Positions 40,167-49,410 of a stretch of DNA of 64,000 bases are shown here, one piece after another (the stretch's first letter is position 1; each line of letters starts with the position of its first letter). The notes beneath the pieces are model-generated. The model did no database searches, was not told the DNA's origin, and worked only from the letters and a program-made list of their open reading frames with translations. Source of the stretch: an uncultured Chloroflexia bacterium (lineage in GTDB: Bacteria > Chloroflexota > Anaerolineae > Anaerolineales > UBA11579); NCBI GenBank assembly GCA_963797275.1, contig CAWCOT010000006.1, positions 64,640-128,639 of the forward strand, in the 5' to 3' direction. Position numbers and translations under genes: made by a program.

Positions 40167-41458
40167 TCAAACATCTGCCAACGGCGCCGCTAATAGTGGA
40201 ACCAGCATCTCCTGCGGGTCCAAGCCTCCGTGCCGACCGATAAGTGGGTTATCCTTGGCAGCCCACCACCAGTAGGCATTGCCCTTGGCAACTACTACAA
40301 GGTCGCCGATGCGATCCGCCAGCCGAGGTGAGGACCGGCCCTGCCCGAACAGCCCCACTTCCTGTGCGTAGGAAGAATCGATCACAGCAAACTGGTTAGG
40401 CCAGGTCTTTTCAATATATTCGCGTACCGCTTCAGTCTGTCCAGGTTTAATATAGAGATAGGCGAGGCGGTTCTCACCGGTGGGTAGCATATGGAGACGA
40501 CGGGTGAGGTTGGGATGATTGCTCAACTCGTAGTGAGCGTCTTTCTCCGTGTGTATTTGCCCGTGATCTGCCACCAGTATGAACAGGGTATCTTTGCGTT
40601 GGGCCGCGGGTGTGGCATCCAGAAAATAACGTTCAAAGTCCTGGCTGAAGGAGGCAAATCCAGCGCGCACGCGTTCATCGTCCGGGCCAAACCTGTGGGA
40701 TAGTGTGTCTACGTCGGACCAGTACACCCAGAAGTAAGCTCGCTCATTCGGATAAGTTGTGAATTGTTGGCGGAAACTGATCCAAAGGTCGGCGGGGGAC
40801 AGGAAGCCGTGGGTCTTGACATCCGCGAAGAACATCTCTGAAAGGCCTGAGCCCAGAATCCCGCCATGCTGGAAAGCATGCGCCTTGATCCCGGAAGCCG
40901 CCAGGTGGGAACCCAAGGTTGGTTGACCCAGGAACTCCACGGGATCAAAACCAGCCTGCTTAACGCTCCGGCCGGGCCGCGCAATGCAAAAGGCGAGTGC
41001 TGAATTATGTTGGCCACCAGGCCATATTCTTTCAAGAAGAGCTCATAGCCCACGATGCCGTGCTCCCCCGGAGACCTGCCGGTCCACACGCTGGTCAAAG
41101 CCGCGCAGGTGGTGCTGGGGCTTACTGAAGTGAGCGGGGCCAGCATCCCGGTTGCTGCCAGCCGCTTCCACACCGCAAATTCTGGTTCATTGATCCAAAC
41201 CTGCAAGCGCTGCATGGCCAGCGCGTCAACTAACAAGAGCACCACGCGTTGATAGGGGCCTCCCAGCCGGGAAAGGATGTCTTCATGAAATGGAGGGGCC
41301 CCAAAAGACGGTGCCCCTAGAAAATGGCTGATGCTGCCCGGAATATTGAGGATGGATTGGCCCTCATAATTTGGGTAAACAAAATTGGAACCCAGATCCA
41401 ATCCTGGAATTCGGTGAGCCTTTAACTTAGGCAGCAGTTCAGCAGTAAGGTCGGTCAT
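40167..41458 (-). CDS. Alkaline-phosphatase-superfamily phosphodiesterase/pyrophosphatase-like enzyme, frame interrupted near 40960-40975 as sequenced
   Basis: The N-terminal half (LLVDALA, SPSTTCAALTSVWTG nucleophile region) is in ORF 40709-41458. The C-terminal half (VADHGQ metal site) is in ORF 40167-40940, whose frame stays open upstream to about 41040. They join as ...GPAGA-VKQAGFDPVEFLGQ if 1 nt is added. Confidence 0.7.
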
Positions 41459-42411
41459 GCGCTCCTCGGTAAGTAATCGGACGGTAAACAGTTATTGGCA
41501 ATCAACACAGCGCCGATCTCAGCCATGCTAGGCATATTGTGACCAGTGCCTAACTTAGCCACCTTGGCGGCACCGGTGGCATTCGCCAGTACAGCCAGCC
41601 TATCCAGCGGCAGTTGGCGAAGCAACGCATACATCACTGCTCCCGCCAGGCTGTCACCGGCTCCGGTGGCATCTTGTACCTTTACCGGGAACGCGCCTGA
41701 TTCGACGCTCTGATCCCCTTTGCCGATTAGTAATCCGTCGGCACCACGCTTCAATACTACTACTTTGGCTCCCAATGTTCGGCTACGAGACAATAGCTCA
41801 CCGTCGTTGTAGTCTCCAAGGAAACGATGGGCTTCGCCGCGGTTGAATAACACCACATCGCTGAGCGCTAGAGCATCCATTATCCAGGCACCATCCACAT
41901 CGGGGTTGCCCGGGCCCGGGTCAAATACCGTGGTGACCCCAGCACCGCGAGCTGCCGAGAAACCCTTAAGTACCATGGCAGGTATTTCTTTATATTCGGC
42001 CCACCCGTCTGCGAACAAGAAATCCACCCCCGCCAGCAACCCGTCCCATTCGGGTTGCCAGCGTCGGGCTGTCAAATTTCCGGGATATCCCAGATAAGCT
42101 GGTTCTCCCGCTCTATCAACCACCACACCTGCCACCGGGGTATGGGCACCTGGAGTAATTCGCAGCTGGGCGATATCCACGCCTTCGCGTTTAAGGCCTT
42201 CGCTAACCACCAATCCAAAACCATCATCACCTACTTCGCCTAAGGCTGCCACCGAAAGGCCAAAGCGGCCGGCCATGATGGCTACATTGCAAGCGCCGCC
42301 AGGTCCCACTTCCATATAGGAGAGGCGATGGATGTCTTTAGGCTGCACCGGAAACTGGCGTAAGTGCATGCTGATGTCGGCGATCAAATCGCCAAGAACC
42401 AGAACGTTCAC
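41455..42411 (-). CDS. PfkB/ribokinase-family small-molecule kinase
   Basis: GGACNVA N-terminal motif and DATGAGDSLAGA C-terminal ATP/anion-hole motif. 4-nt overlaps on both sides. Confidence 0.85.
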   Translation of the reverse strand: MNVLVLGDLIADISMHLRQFPVQPKDIHRLSYMEVGPGGACNVAIMAGRFGLSVAALGEVGDDGFGLVVSEGLKREGVDIAQLRITPGAHTPVAGVVVDRAGEPAYLGYPGNLTARRWQPEWDGLLAGVDFLFADGWAEYKEIPAMVLKGFSAARGAGVTTVFDPGPGNPDVDGAWIMDALALSDVVLFNRGEAHRFLGDYNDGELLSRSRTLGAKVVVLKRGADGLLIGKGDQSVESGAFPVKVQDATGAGDSLAGAVMYALLRQLPLDRLAVLANATGAAKVAKLGTGHNMPSMAEIGAVLIANNCLPSDYLPRSA

Positions 42412-43229
42412 TTCACGTGCTTCCCGCGGCGGCGCACGGCGTAGGCTTCCACAAACTCTGGTACAGAGAGCGGAGCCGTTTCCATTTTGAGGGCATGCGC
42501 CAAGCGCACCAATTGGGGCGCAAACACAGCGGCTTGGTTGAGCACGCTTTCCTCGGCAAACACTTCGGCAGCCGGCCCCTGGGCCAGGATGCGGCCATGG
42601 GCCATCACCACTGCCTTGTGGGCATAAGCCGCGCAGAAATCCAAATCGTGACTGATAAGCACAATGGTACGCCCCTTTTTATGCAGGTCTTGCAAAATGC
42701 CGCCGATGAGATTGCATCCAGCGGCATCCTGGCCGACGCTGGGCTCGTCCAACACCAATATAGGTGTATCCATCGCCAACGTCGAGGCGAAAGCCAGCAG
42801 CTTGCGCTCAAAGGCCTGTAGGTCATAGGGGTTTACGCTCGCTTTGGCAAGCAGGCCTACACGCCTTAGTGCAGCACGAGAAACCTCGCCAATTCGCCGC
42901 TCAGGAAAGCCCAGGTTGCGCGGCCCGTAGGCCACCTCGCGTTGGGCGTTGCGCTCGAAGAGTTGCTCGTCCGGGTTCTGGAACAGGAAACCCACGCGGG
43001 CGGCCAGTTGAGCTGTGGTATGCATTGAGGTATCCCAGTCCCCCACCTTTACTTTGCCCTGCGTGGGATGCAGCAGGCCATTCAGCAGTTTGAGCAGCGT
43101 GGTTTTGCCGGCGCCATTCTCGCCCACGATGGCGAGAATCTTTCCGGACTCGATCTCCAAGTTAATTCCATCCAACGCCTTAACCCCCGAGGGGTAAACG
43201 AAAGACGCGTCTTGCAGGCTTAGTCTCAT
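42408..43229 (-). CDS. ECF transporter ATPase (EcfA2-type)
   Basis: GENGAGKTT Walker A and LVLDEPS Walker B. 4-nt overlaps on both sides. Confidence 0.85.
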   Translation of the reverse strand: MRLSLQDASFVYPSGVKALDGINLEIESGKILAIVGENGAGKTTLLKLLNGLLHPTQGKVKVGDWDTSMHTTAQLAARVGFLFQNPDEQLFERNAQREVAYGPRNLGFPERRIGEVSRAALRRVGLLAKASVNPYDLQAFERKLLAFASTLAMDTPILVLDEPSVGQDAAGCNLIGGILQDLHKKGRTIVLISHDLDFCAAYAHKAVVMAHGRILAQGPAAEVFAEESVLNQAAVFAPQLVRLAHALKMETAPLSVPEFVEAYAVRRRGKHVK

Positions 43230-44062
43230 CGGAAGAATTCCCGCGCCTGCTGTAGGGTGACGGGGATGGGGCCGGATTTGGGAACCAGTTTACGCTTCCT
43301 GGCGGCCTGACTGGCTTGGCTATATCGGCTGCGAACAACACCCAGCTTGCTCAGGCGCACATCCGCCAAAATATCTTGAGGCTTGCCATCCAGGATTACA
43401 CGCCCGGCATCCAGCACCAGCACGCGGTCTGCAAAGGTGGCCATCCATTCCGGTTTGTGCTCGACCAATATCACCGTGGTGTCGCCCTGACGGGTTATGC
43501 GCTCCAAGTTCTTGAAGACCGCCTGCGTGCTGTGCGGGTCCAGTTGGGAAGTGGGTTCATCCAGTACCAGCACACGCGGCCGCATGGCCAGGATGGAAGC
43601 GATGGCCAACCTTTGCTGCTGGCCGCCGGAAAGCTCGAAGGGAGAGCGCTCAGCCAGGCTATCCAAGTCCAACTCGTCGAGAACTTGGTCCACGCGGGAG
43701 ACCATCTGCTTGCGCGGCAACCCCAAATTCTCCAGACCGAAAGCAAGTTCTTCGCGTACGGTGAAGCGCGCCCCGCTGATCTGGTTGAACGGGTTTTGGA
43801 ATACCAGCCCGACTTCGCCAGCCAGGTCGCCCAGAGTCGCCTGGCTTACATCCATGTCGTTTAGGCTTAGTTTCCCGCGCGTCCGACCTTGAAAGAAGTG
43901 AGGAGCGAAACCACTGAGCGCATAGCACAGTGTGGATTTCCCGGCGCCATTAGCGCCCACGACGCCCACAAACTGGCCGTCGGGTATTTGCACTGTAATA
44001 TCCCTAAGGGCAAAATGCTTCTGGGCTGGATAACAGTAAGCGAACTTTTCCAGCCTGATCAT
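43226..44062 (-). CDS. ECF transporter ATPase (EcfA1-type)
   Basis: GANGAGKST, LSGGQQQRLAIA and LVLDEPTSQLD. The ATG at 44062 forms an ATGA overlap with the T-component stop. Confidence 0.85.
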   Translation of the reverse strand: MIRLEKFAYCYPAQKHFALRDITVQIPDGQFVGVVGANGAGKSTLCYALSGFAPHFFQGRTRGKLSLNDMDVSQATLGDLAGEVGLVFQNPFNQISGARFTVREELAFGLENLGLPRKQMVSRVDQVLDELDLDSLAERSPFELSGGQQQRLAIASILAMRPRVLVLDEPTSQLDPHSTQAVFKNLERITRQGDTTVILVEHKPEWMATFADRVLVLDAGRVILDGKPQDILADVRLSKLGVVRSRYSQASQAARKRKLVPKSGPIPVTLQQAREFFR

Positions 44063-44838
44063 GCTACGAGCATCCAAATGCGCCATATGATCAGTGCCGC
44101 GCAGAGCCCCAGACAAACCCAGCGAGCCATTCGCTGCGCCGAGTTATCGTGCAAAAGCAAAAAGCTGGTTTTTTGCCCAGTGCGGCTAAAGGCGCGTGCT
44201 TCCAAGGCCATGGCGCGTTCTTCGACATCCACCACACTGCTCAAAACCAGCGGCCCGGCCAGAGGCACCAGCAAGCGGGCGCGGCCCAGCAAACTCACCT
44301 GGGTTTCCAAGCCGCGGGATTGCTGCGCTTCCAGGATGACTTGAGCGCGTTCCTGGAAGCGCGGGAAGATCTGCAACGCACTGAGCACGATGTAAGCCAG
44401 GCTCTGCGGCAGGCCGCGTTGGGTCAGTCCCAGCATCAACGCGTCCGGGCGAGTAGTGAGCATCAGCAGCAAGACGCCGCCCAGCGCCAACAAAATGCGC
44501 GCCGCGGCGGTTAGCCCAGCCAGGGCTCCTTCAGCGGTGAAGGTAAAGGGTCCCAGAACCAATAATGCCGTTCTGCCTTCGGCGAAGAACCCTTGGATCA
44601 CAAGAAGTGAAATAACAAAGGGCGTGATCACGGTGAAACAGCTGCGGGCGAAACGGCGCAGCACCTTGCCCCAGGCGGCCAGTGACAGTTGCAAAAAAAC
44701 AAACGCGGCCAACAGCCAAAGCAGGCCGGGCAGCGTGGCTGCAGCCACCAGGAATAGCAGGGCAAGGGCCAGCTTGGTAAGCGGATGCCAACGGTGAGGC
44801 TGGCTATCCCGTTGAAAATAAAGCGTGTTCCCACGCAT
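44059..44838 (-). CDS. ECF transporter T component (CbiQ/EcfT family)
   Basis: Polytopic protein with an EAQQSRG...EERAMALEARAF coupling-helix region. Confidence 0.8.
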   Translation of the reverse strand: MRGNTLYFQRDSQPHRWHPLTKLALALLFLVAAATLPGLLWLLAAFVFLQLSLAAWGKVLRRFARSCFTVITPFVISLLVIQGFFAEGRTALLVLGPFTFTAEGALAGLTAAARILLALGGVLLLMLTTRPDALMLGLTQRGLPQSLAYIVLSALQIFPRFQERAQVILEAQQSRGLETQVSLLGRARLLVPLAGPLVLSSVVDVEERAMALEARAFSRTGQKTSFLLLHDNSAQRMARWVCLGLCAALIIWRIWMLVA

Positions 44839-44862
44839 GCAAGGATTAAACCATATTCAAAT

Positions 44863-44888
44863 AAAGGGCCCGCTTACGCGGGCCTTTT
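44863..44888 (-). terminator. Intra-operon hairpin between the S and T genes (partial terminator or mRNA stabiliser)
   Basis: Minus strand reads AAAAGGCCCGCgtaaGCGGGCCCTTTATTT. Confidence 0.45.
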
Positions 44889-44892
44889 GCCA

Positions 44893-45471
44893 TCATTGGC
44901 CGCTAAAACGCGCCTTGAGACGTTCGGGCAAGGCCAGTAACACCGCCCAAACAATCACGAAGGTAGCCAGCTTGTCGACGGGGTCGGAAAAGACGCCCTG
45001 CCCAATATTGGCGCCCAAGGCATCCAGCCCAGCAGAGCGGAAGATGGCCACCACGGCGTCCATGCCGGTGCCAGTCACGCCACCAAAAACGTAGGCGGCA
45101 ATCGGGGCGGAGAGAACGGCCGAAATGATGCCAGTGATCAAACCTGCCAGAGCGGCCTTCCACCAAACTTTGACCCAACCAGCTCGGCCAAACACGCCAG
45201 CCAGAGCACCGATGATGGCGGCCACCCCGGACCAGGCAATCGCCTGGGGAAACAGGCCCGAGAAGGTCCACACCAGGTTGGACAGAAAACCGGTAATGGC
45301 GCCTGCCCAGGGACCAACCAACACACCAACCAGCACAGTACCTATCGAATCCAGATAAAGCGGTAATTTCAGCGTGATGACCAGTTGGCCAACGGCGATG
45401 TTGATAGCAATCGCCACAGCCATGAGTACCGTGCTATAGGTTGTGAATTCTTTTCGAAAGCTGCTTTCCAT
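44893..45471 (-). CDS. ECF transporter S component (substrate unknown)
   Basis: 192 aa with six helices; LYLDSIGTVLVGVLVGPWAGAITG is an S-component-like pattern. It is the first gene of the operon. Confidence 0.65.
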   Translation of the reverse strand: MESSFRKEFTTYSTVLMAVAIAINIAVGQLVITLKLPLYLDSIGTVLVGVLVGPWAGAITGFLSNLVWTFSGLFPQAIAWSGVAAIIGALAGVFGRAGWVKVWWKAALAGLITGIISAVLSAPIAAYVFGGVTGTGMDAVVAIFRSAGLDALGANIGQGVFSDPVDKLATFVIVWAVLLALPERLKARFSGQ

Positions 45472-45545
45472 GGGCTTCCTCCTAAGGCAAAGGTTGCGAT
45501 GTTTTTAATTATAAGCTCAGTCAGCCTTGTTGATAAAATGCCCGC

Positions 45546-45978
45546 ATGCCGACCCGCGTCACAATTTACTCGGATGGATCCTGCTTGGGCAATCCCGGCC
45601 GCGGCGGCTGGGCCGCGTTGATCCGCTCGGACCATGGTGAGCAGGTGCTGAGCGGGGGCGAAGCCCAGAGCACCAACAACCGCATGGAATTGACCGCCGC
45701 CCTGCAAGGCCCTGGAGGCACTGCAATCGCCCAGCCAGGTGGAGTTCTATACCGACTCGCAATACCTGCGACGAGGCATTACGGAATGGTTGCCAGGATG
45801 GCGGATGCGCGGCTGGAAGCGCAAAGGCGGCGCGCTGGCCAACGTGGAACTATGGCAGGCACTGGCGCGGGCCATCCAGCGGCACGAAATCCATTGGAAC
45901 TGGGTGAAAGGACATTCCATGGACCGGGATAACCAAAGGGTTGACAGATTAGCCCGGCAGGCAATTCTAGACAAATAA
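45546..45978 (+). CDS. rnhA: Ribonuclease HI, frame interrupted near 45708 as sequenced
   Basis: [18 protein letters not shown]...[11 protein letters not shown] is in ORF 45546-45932. [27 protein letters not shown]...WNWVKGH...N(Q)RVDRLAR is in the +1 frame (ORF 45739-45978 and its open upstream extension). They join if one G of CAAGGCC is removed. Confidence 0.85.
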
Positions 45979-46007
45979 AAAACGGCTGGCAGCTGCCAGC
46001 CATTTAT
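45978..46007. terminator. Palindromic terminator between rnhA and tRNA-Cys
   Basis: aaaaaacGGCTGGCAGCTGCCAGCCattta. Confidence 0.65.
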
Positions 46008-46081
46008 TGGAGGCGACGACGGGATTCGAACCCGTGGTGAGGGTTTTGCAGACCCTTGCCTTACCACTTGGCCACGTCGCC
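46008..46081 (-). tRNA. tRNA-Cys (GCA), CCA encoded
   Basis: Minus-strand fold: GGCGACG acceptor, AGGGT-CTGCAAA-ACCCT anticodon arm, ACGGG-TTCGAAT-CCCGT T arm, ...TCCA end. Confidence 0.9.
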
Positions 46082-46156
46082 CAGTGTGAAAAAACCGCAC
46101 TCTCAAACGCGATTATACCGAGGTTATTTTCTCCAGAAGGTTACCCTGGCTTTAAA

Positions 46157-46180
46157 TAAAAAACGGGCTTTACCCGTTTT
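46157..46180 (-). terminator. Terminator after tRNA-Gly
   Basis: Minus strand reads AAAACGGGtaaagCCCGTTTTTT. Confidence 0.6.
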
Positions 46181-46193
46181 CTATTTGCATCTG

Positions 46194-46266
46194 AGCGGGC
46201 GACGGGGCTCGAACCCGTGACCTTCTCCTTGGCAAGGAGATGCTCTACCAACTGAGCCACGCCCGC
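46194..46266 (-). tRNA. tRNA-Gly (GCC)
   Basis: GCGGGCG acceptor, TCTCC-TTGCCAA-GGAGA anticodon arm, ACGGG-TTCGAGC-CCCGT T arm. Confidence 0.9.
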
Positions 46267-46334
46267 AATATTTGAGGATTATAACCCAACACAAAATCCT
46301 CTTGGAGAACAGCGCCACCTTTGCGCTGCGACAG

Positions 46335-46407
46335 TGCCGAGAGCCAGAATCGAACTGGCGACACCGCGATTTTCAGTCGCGTGCTCTACCAACTGAGCTA
46401 TCTCGGC
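46335..46407 (-). tRNA. tRNA-Phe (GAA)
   Basis: GCCGAGA acceptor, CGCGA-CTGAAAA-TCGCG anticodon arm, GCCAG-TTCGATT-CTGGC T arm. Confidence 0.9.
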
Positions 46408-46464
46408 GAGGGAGGGAATTGTACAAGGGGGTACAAGTGCTGTCAAGAAAGCGACACGCTTGGG

Positions 46465-46899
46465 TCACCGATGGCCTACTTTCTTGGCGGGGATGCCCGC
46501 CCAAATTTCATCCTCGCCGGTGGACCCGAGTAACACGGCATTGGCCCCCAGCACTGTGCCCCGCCCCACACGCAATATTCCTTCTTTGCACAACACTTTA
46601 CTGCCCGGCGACAGGATGGCATCATCCCCCAATTCGATGCCCTGGAATTTGGATTGCTCAATGGGCACATGGATGTCTGCTCGGCCCAGAGTGACGCCGG
46701 GATAAACCTTGACGTTGTCGCCAATTCGGGTATTAGAGTGGATAACCACCCCGAAACCACCATGCACCAGGGCAAAGTTGTCGCCTATCTCGACCGAGCG
46801 GGGCACTTCGGCACCCAGAGCCTTGAGCAGCAGATAGGCCAGGCGGCCGAACGGCCCACGGCGGGCGTAGACAAGGCGGGAGTAAAAGTCGGTGGCCAT
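46465..46899 (-). CDS. Left-handed beta-helix (hexapeptide-repeat) acyltransferase, short CysE-like
   Basis: Hexapeptide repeats: IGDNFALVHGGFGVVIHSNTRIGDNVKVYPGVTLG and GDDAILSPGSKVL. Confidence 0.6.
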   Translation of the reverse strand: MATDFYSRLVYARRGPFGRLAYLLLKALGAEVPRSVEIGDNFALVHGGFGVVIHSNTRIGDNVKVYPGVTLGRADIHVPIEQSKFQGIELGDDAILSPGSKVLCKEGILRVGRGTVLGANAVLLGSTGEDEIWAGIPAKKVGHR

Positions 46900-46961
46900 T
46901 GGAACCTACTGAGGGATTGCTTCGCCGGCGCTGCTGCGCAACGCGCTTCTCGCAATGACGG

Positions 46962-48575
46962 TTAGAACTCCTTTACCATGTAAGTTTCGGCCATGTGATA
47001 GCCGTGTCCGGCATAGTAGCCGCGCGTGCCTACCGCGGCGATGACCGCCATGCGGCCAAATCCAGCAGCGGCGGCGATTTCTTCGGCGCGCTGCAGCAAG
47101 CGGGTACCCAGGCCTATGTGCTGAGCTGCACCGTTTTGCTCTTCTCCCACCTCCAACGATTGGCCGTAGACGTGAACTTCGCGCACCAGGCAGGCACCGT
47201 CCAGGTCGGCCAGGCCAGTGGCTGGGGAATCCGCACCCGGCAGCGAAAGGCGCAGGAAGCCAGCCAGGTGGTCATCCTCCGTCACAAAAGAGAGGAAGTG
47301 TTCTTCGGCAGGGCCGGTGGAATACCTGAAATCCCGTAACTGCAGCTCTTTAGCTTCGACCTTGCTGCCGCCCACCTCGCGGCAGCGAATGCAGCGGCAC
47401 TTGCTGCCGCGAGCCTTCATTGTCTCGTGCACGTCCATACGCAGGCTGGTGCGCTTGTTGCCTTCGACGACGTTGGTTGAGGGGATATCGCGGATGACGC
47501 GGTTGAGACGGCAGTATTCCGGAATGGTGGCTTTAATGTCCGCCAACAAATCGACCAGGTCTTCTGTACTGTAGGGTTGGTACTCGCCGCGCTGCCAGTG
47601 CAAATACAGCTCTGCATTCTCCAGCAACTGCGTGGGATAAATCTTTAATTCATCGGGGCAATATCCATCCCAGAGTTTAATGAAATCTACGCGGTCGCTT
47701 TGCAGGGTGGCACCCATCAAGTTGGGCATCCAATGCATCACAATCTTGAATCCGGCAGCGCGCAGCAGGTCGGCGGCGCGGCGAGTCTCTTCAGGAGTGT
47801 GGCCGCGTTTGTTTAGCTCCAGGATGCTTGGATCGAAGCTTTGGGCGCCGATCTGGACTTTGGTGACGCCTAGATAACGCAGCCAGGCCAGCTCATCAGG
47901 ATTGACGTGATCAGGGCGAGTCTCGATGGCTAGGCCCACGCTGCGGTGGGTCGCCGTCTGGTTGATGCGCTGCGCCTCAGCCAGGTTGGGACTGGGCTGG
48001 CCGTTCAGCGCCTCGAACATGCGCCGGATAAACTCCTCCTGATAATCGCGTTTATAGGAAGACCAGGTGCCGCCAAGGACCAGCATCTCGATCTTGTCGG
48101 TGGGATGGCCAACGGCTTCCAGCGCTTCAAGGCGGCTTGCCACCTGCTCGTAGGGGTCAAAGTCGTGCTGAAGGGCACGCATGGCGCCGGGTTCGTCCGG
48201 CAGGTAGCTCTTGGGCATGCGCACATCGGTGGGACAGAAGACACACTTACCCGGGCAAGGGTAGGGCTTGGTGAGCACGGTGACCACGCTGACCCCTGAA
48301 AGGCTGCGCATAGGTTTGAGGCGGATGCGGGCCAGTAACGCCGGGTCTGCCTGCCACTCACCGGACTCAACCAGTTGGTGATAGGCGGCCACCAACAATT
48401 GCTTGCCCACAAAGCCGCCCGCATCCAGAGGATGGTGGGCCAGGGCGTCAAAGACGGGAATACCTCGGCGGACATCCTCCAGGGCGGCGCGGGCGCGCAG
48501 CATGCGCTCGGGGGTAGCCTGTTTGGCGCTCTCCCAGCTTTGGATGCGAGGTTCCGAGTCCTTGATAAGGGTCAT
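46962..48575 (-). CDS. elp3: Elp3-type radical-SAM/GNAT tRNA wobble-uridine modification enzyme
   Basis: Radical-SAM cluster region PCPGKCVFCP, TIM-barrel core (GGTWSSY), and a C-terminal GNAT domain (GLGTRLLQRAEEIA). 537 aa, typical of the Elp3 family. Confidence 0.85.
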   Translation of the reverse strand: MTLIKDSEPRIQSWESAKQATPERMLRARAALEDVRRGIPVFDALAHHPLDAGGFVGKQLLVAAYHQLVESGEWQADPALLARIRLKPMRSLSGVSVVTVLTKPYPCPGKCVFCPTDVRMPKSYLPDEPGAMRALQHDFDPYEQVASRLEALEAVGHPTDKIEMLVLGGTWSSYKRDYQEEFIRRMFEALNGQPSPNLAEAQRINQTATHRSVGLAIETRPDHVNPDELAWLRYLGVTKVQIGAQSFDPSILELNKRGHTPEETRRAADLLRAAGFKIVMHWMPNLMGATLQSDRVDFIKLWDGYCPDELKIYPTQLLENAELYLHWQRGEYQPYSTEDLVDLLADIKATIPEYCRLNRVIRDIPSTNVVEGNKRTSLRMDVHETMKARGSKCRCIRCREVGGSKVEAKELQLRDFRYSTGPAEEHFLSFVTEDDHLAGFLRLSLPGADSPATGLADLDGACLVREVHVYGQSLEVGEEQNGAAQHIGLGTRLLQRAEEIAAAAGFGRMAVIAAVGTRGYYAGHGYHMAETYMVKEF

Positions 48576-48649
48576 TTGTCTAAGTCTATCGTGTTTTGCG
48601 CCGCAGAATGCTATACCGAGGGAGCCGAGCCTTCCTCTATAATCAAAGA

Positions 48650-49381
48650 ATGAAGGCCGAAGTCGCCCGGCAACTTGTTGATGTTAACCGGGGATTTTAT
48701 CAAAGCCTGGCTGCGCCATTCTCTGCCAGCCGGGGGCAGCTGCAACCGGGTGTGCTAAAGGTGCTGGACAACATTCCAGGTGAGGCTAGGGTACTTGACC
48801 TTGGTTGCGGAAACGGCGGCGTGGCGGCTGAGTTGGCCCGCCGCGCTCATAGGGGCCAATACCTGGGCATGGATGGCAGCGCAGAGTTGCTGGATGCGGC
48901 CCAGGCCCGGGCGCCGGGATTCGAGTTCGTGCAGACGGACTTAACCACTGATTTCGCCAAACACATTACCGGGCCATTTGATTTCGTGTTCCTTTTCGCG
49001 GTGTTGCACCATATTCCGGGACAGGAATTGCGGCTGGAACTGCTAAACAAGTCACGCGGGTTATTGAAAGCCGACGGAACAATGGTGATGTCGAACTGGC
49101 AATTTATGGGCAGCCCGCGGCTGCGGGAGCGCGTCCAGTCATGGGATGTGATCGGGCTGGCGGCGGCGCAGGTGGATGAAGGGGACTATTTGCTGGACTG
49201 GCGCAGCGGTGGGACAGGATTGCGTTATGTGCACCAGTTCACCCAAGACGAACTGGCGAAGCTTGCAGGCGCGGGCGGGTTCCAAGTAGCTGACAGTTTC
49301 CTCTCGGACGGCAGTGGCGGGAAGCTGTCCTTGTACCAGCGGTGGCTCCCAAAAGGCGCGCCACCTATCGCCTTTAAGTAA
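48650..49381 (+). CDS. Class I SAM methyltransferase, Trm9-like
   Basis: VLDLGCGNGG motif I, LFAVLHHIPG, and the Trm9-like C-terminal pattern DYLLDWRSGGTGLRYVHQFTQDELAKL. Divergent from elp3. Confidence 0.6.
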   Translation: MKAEVARQLVDVNRGFYQSLAAPFSASRGQLQPGVLKVLDNIPGEARVLDLGCGNGGVAAELARRAHRGQYLGMDGSAELLDAAQARAPGFEFVQTDLTTDFAKHITGPFDFVFLFAVLHHIPGQELRLELLNKSRGLLKADGTMVMSNWQFMGSPRLRERVQSWDVIGLAAAQVDEGDYLLDWRSGGTGLRYVHQFTQDELAKLAGAGGFQVADSFLSDGSGGKLSLYQRWLPKGAPPIAFK

Positions 49382-49410
49382 TAGTCCTTTCTTGGACGGG
49401 CAAAAACCAA

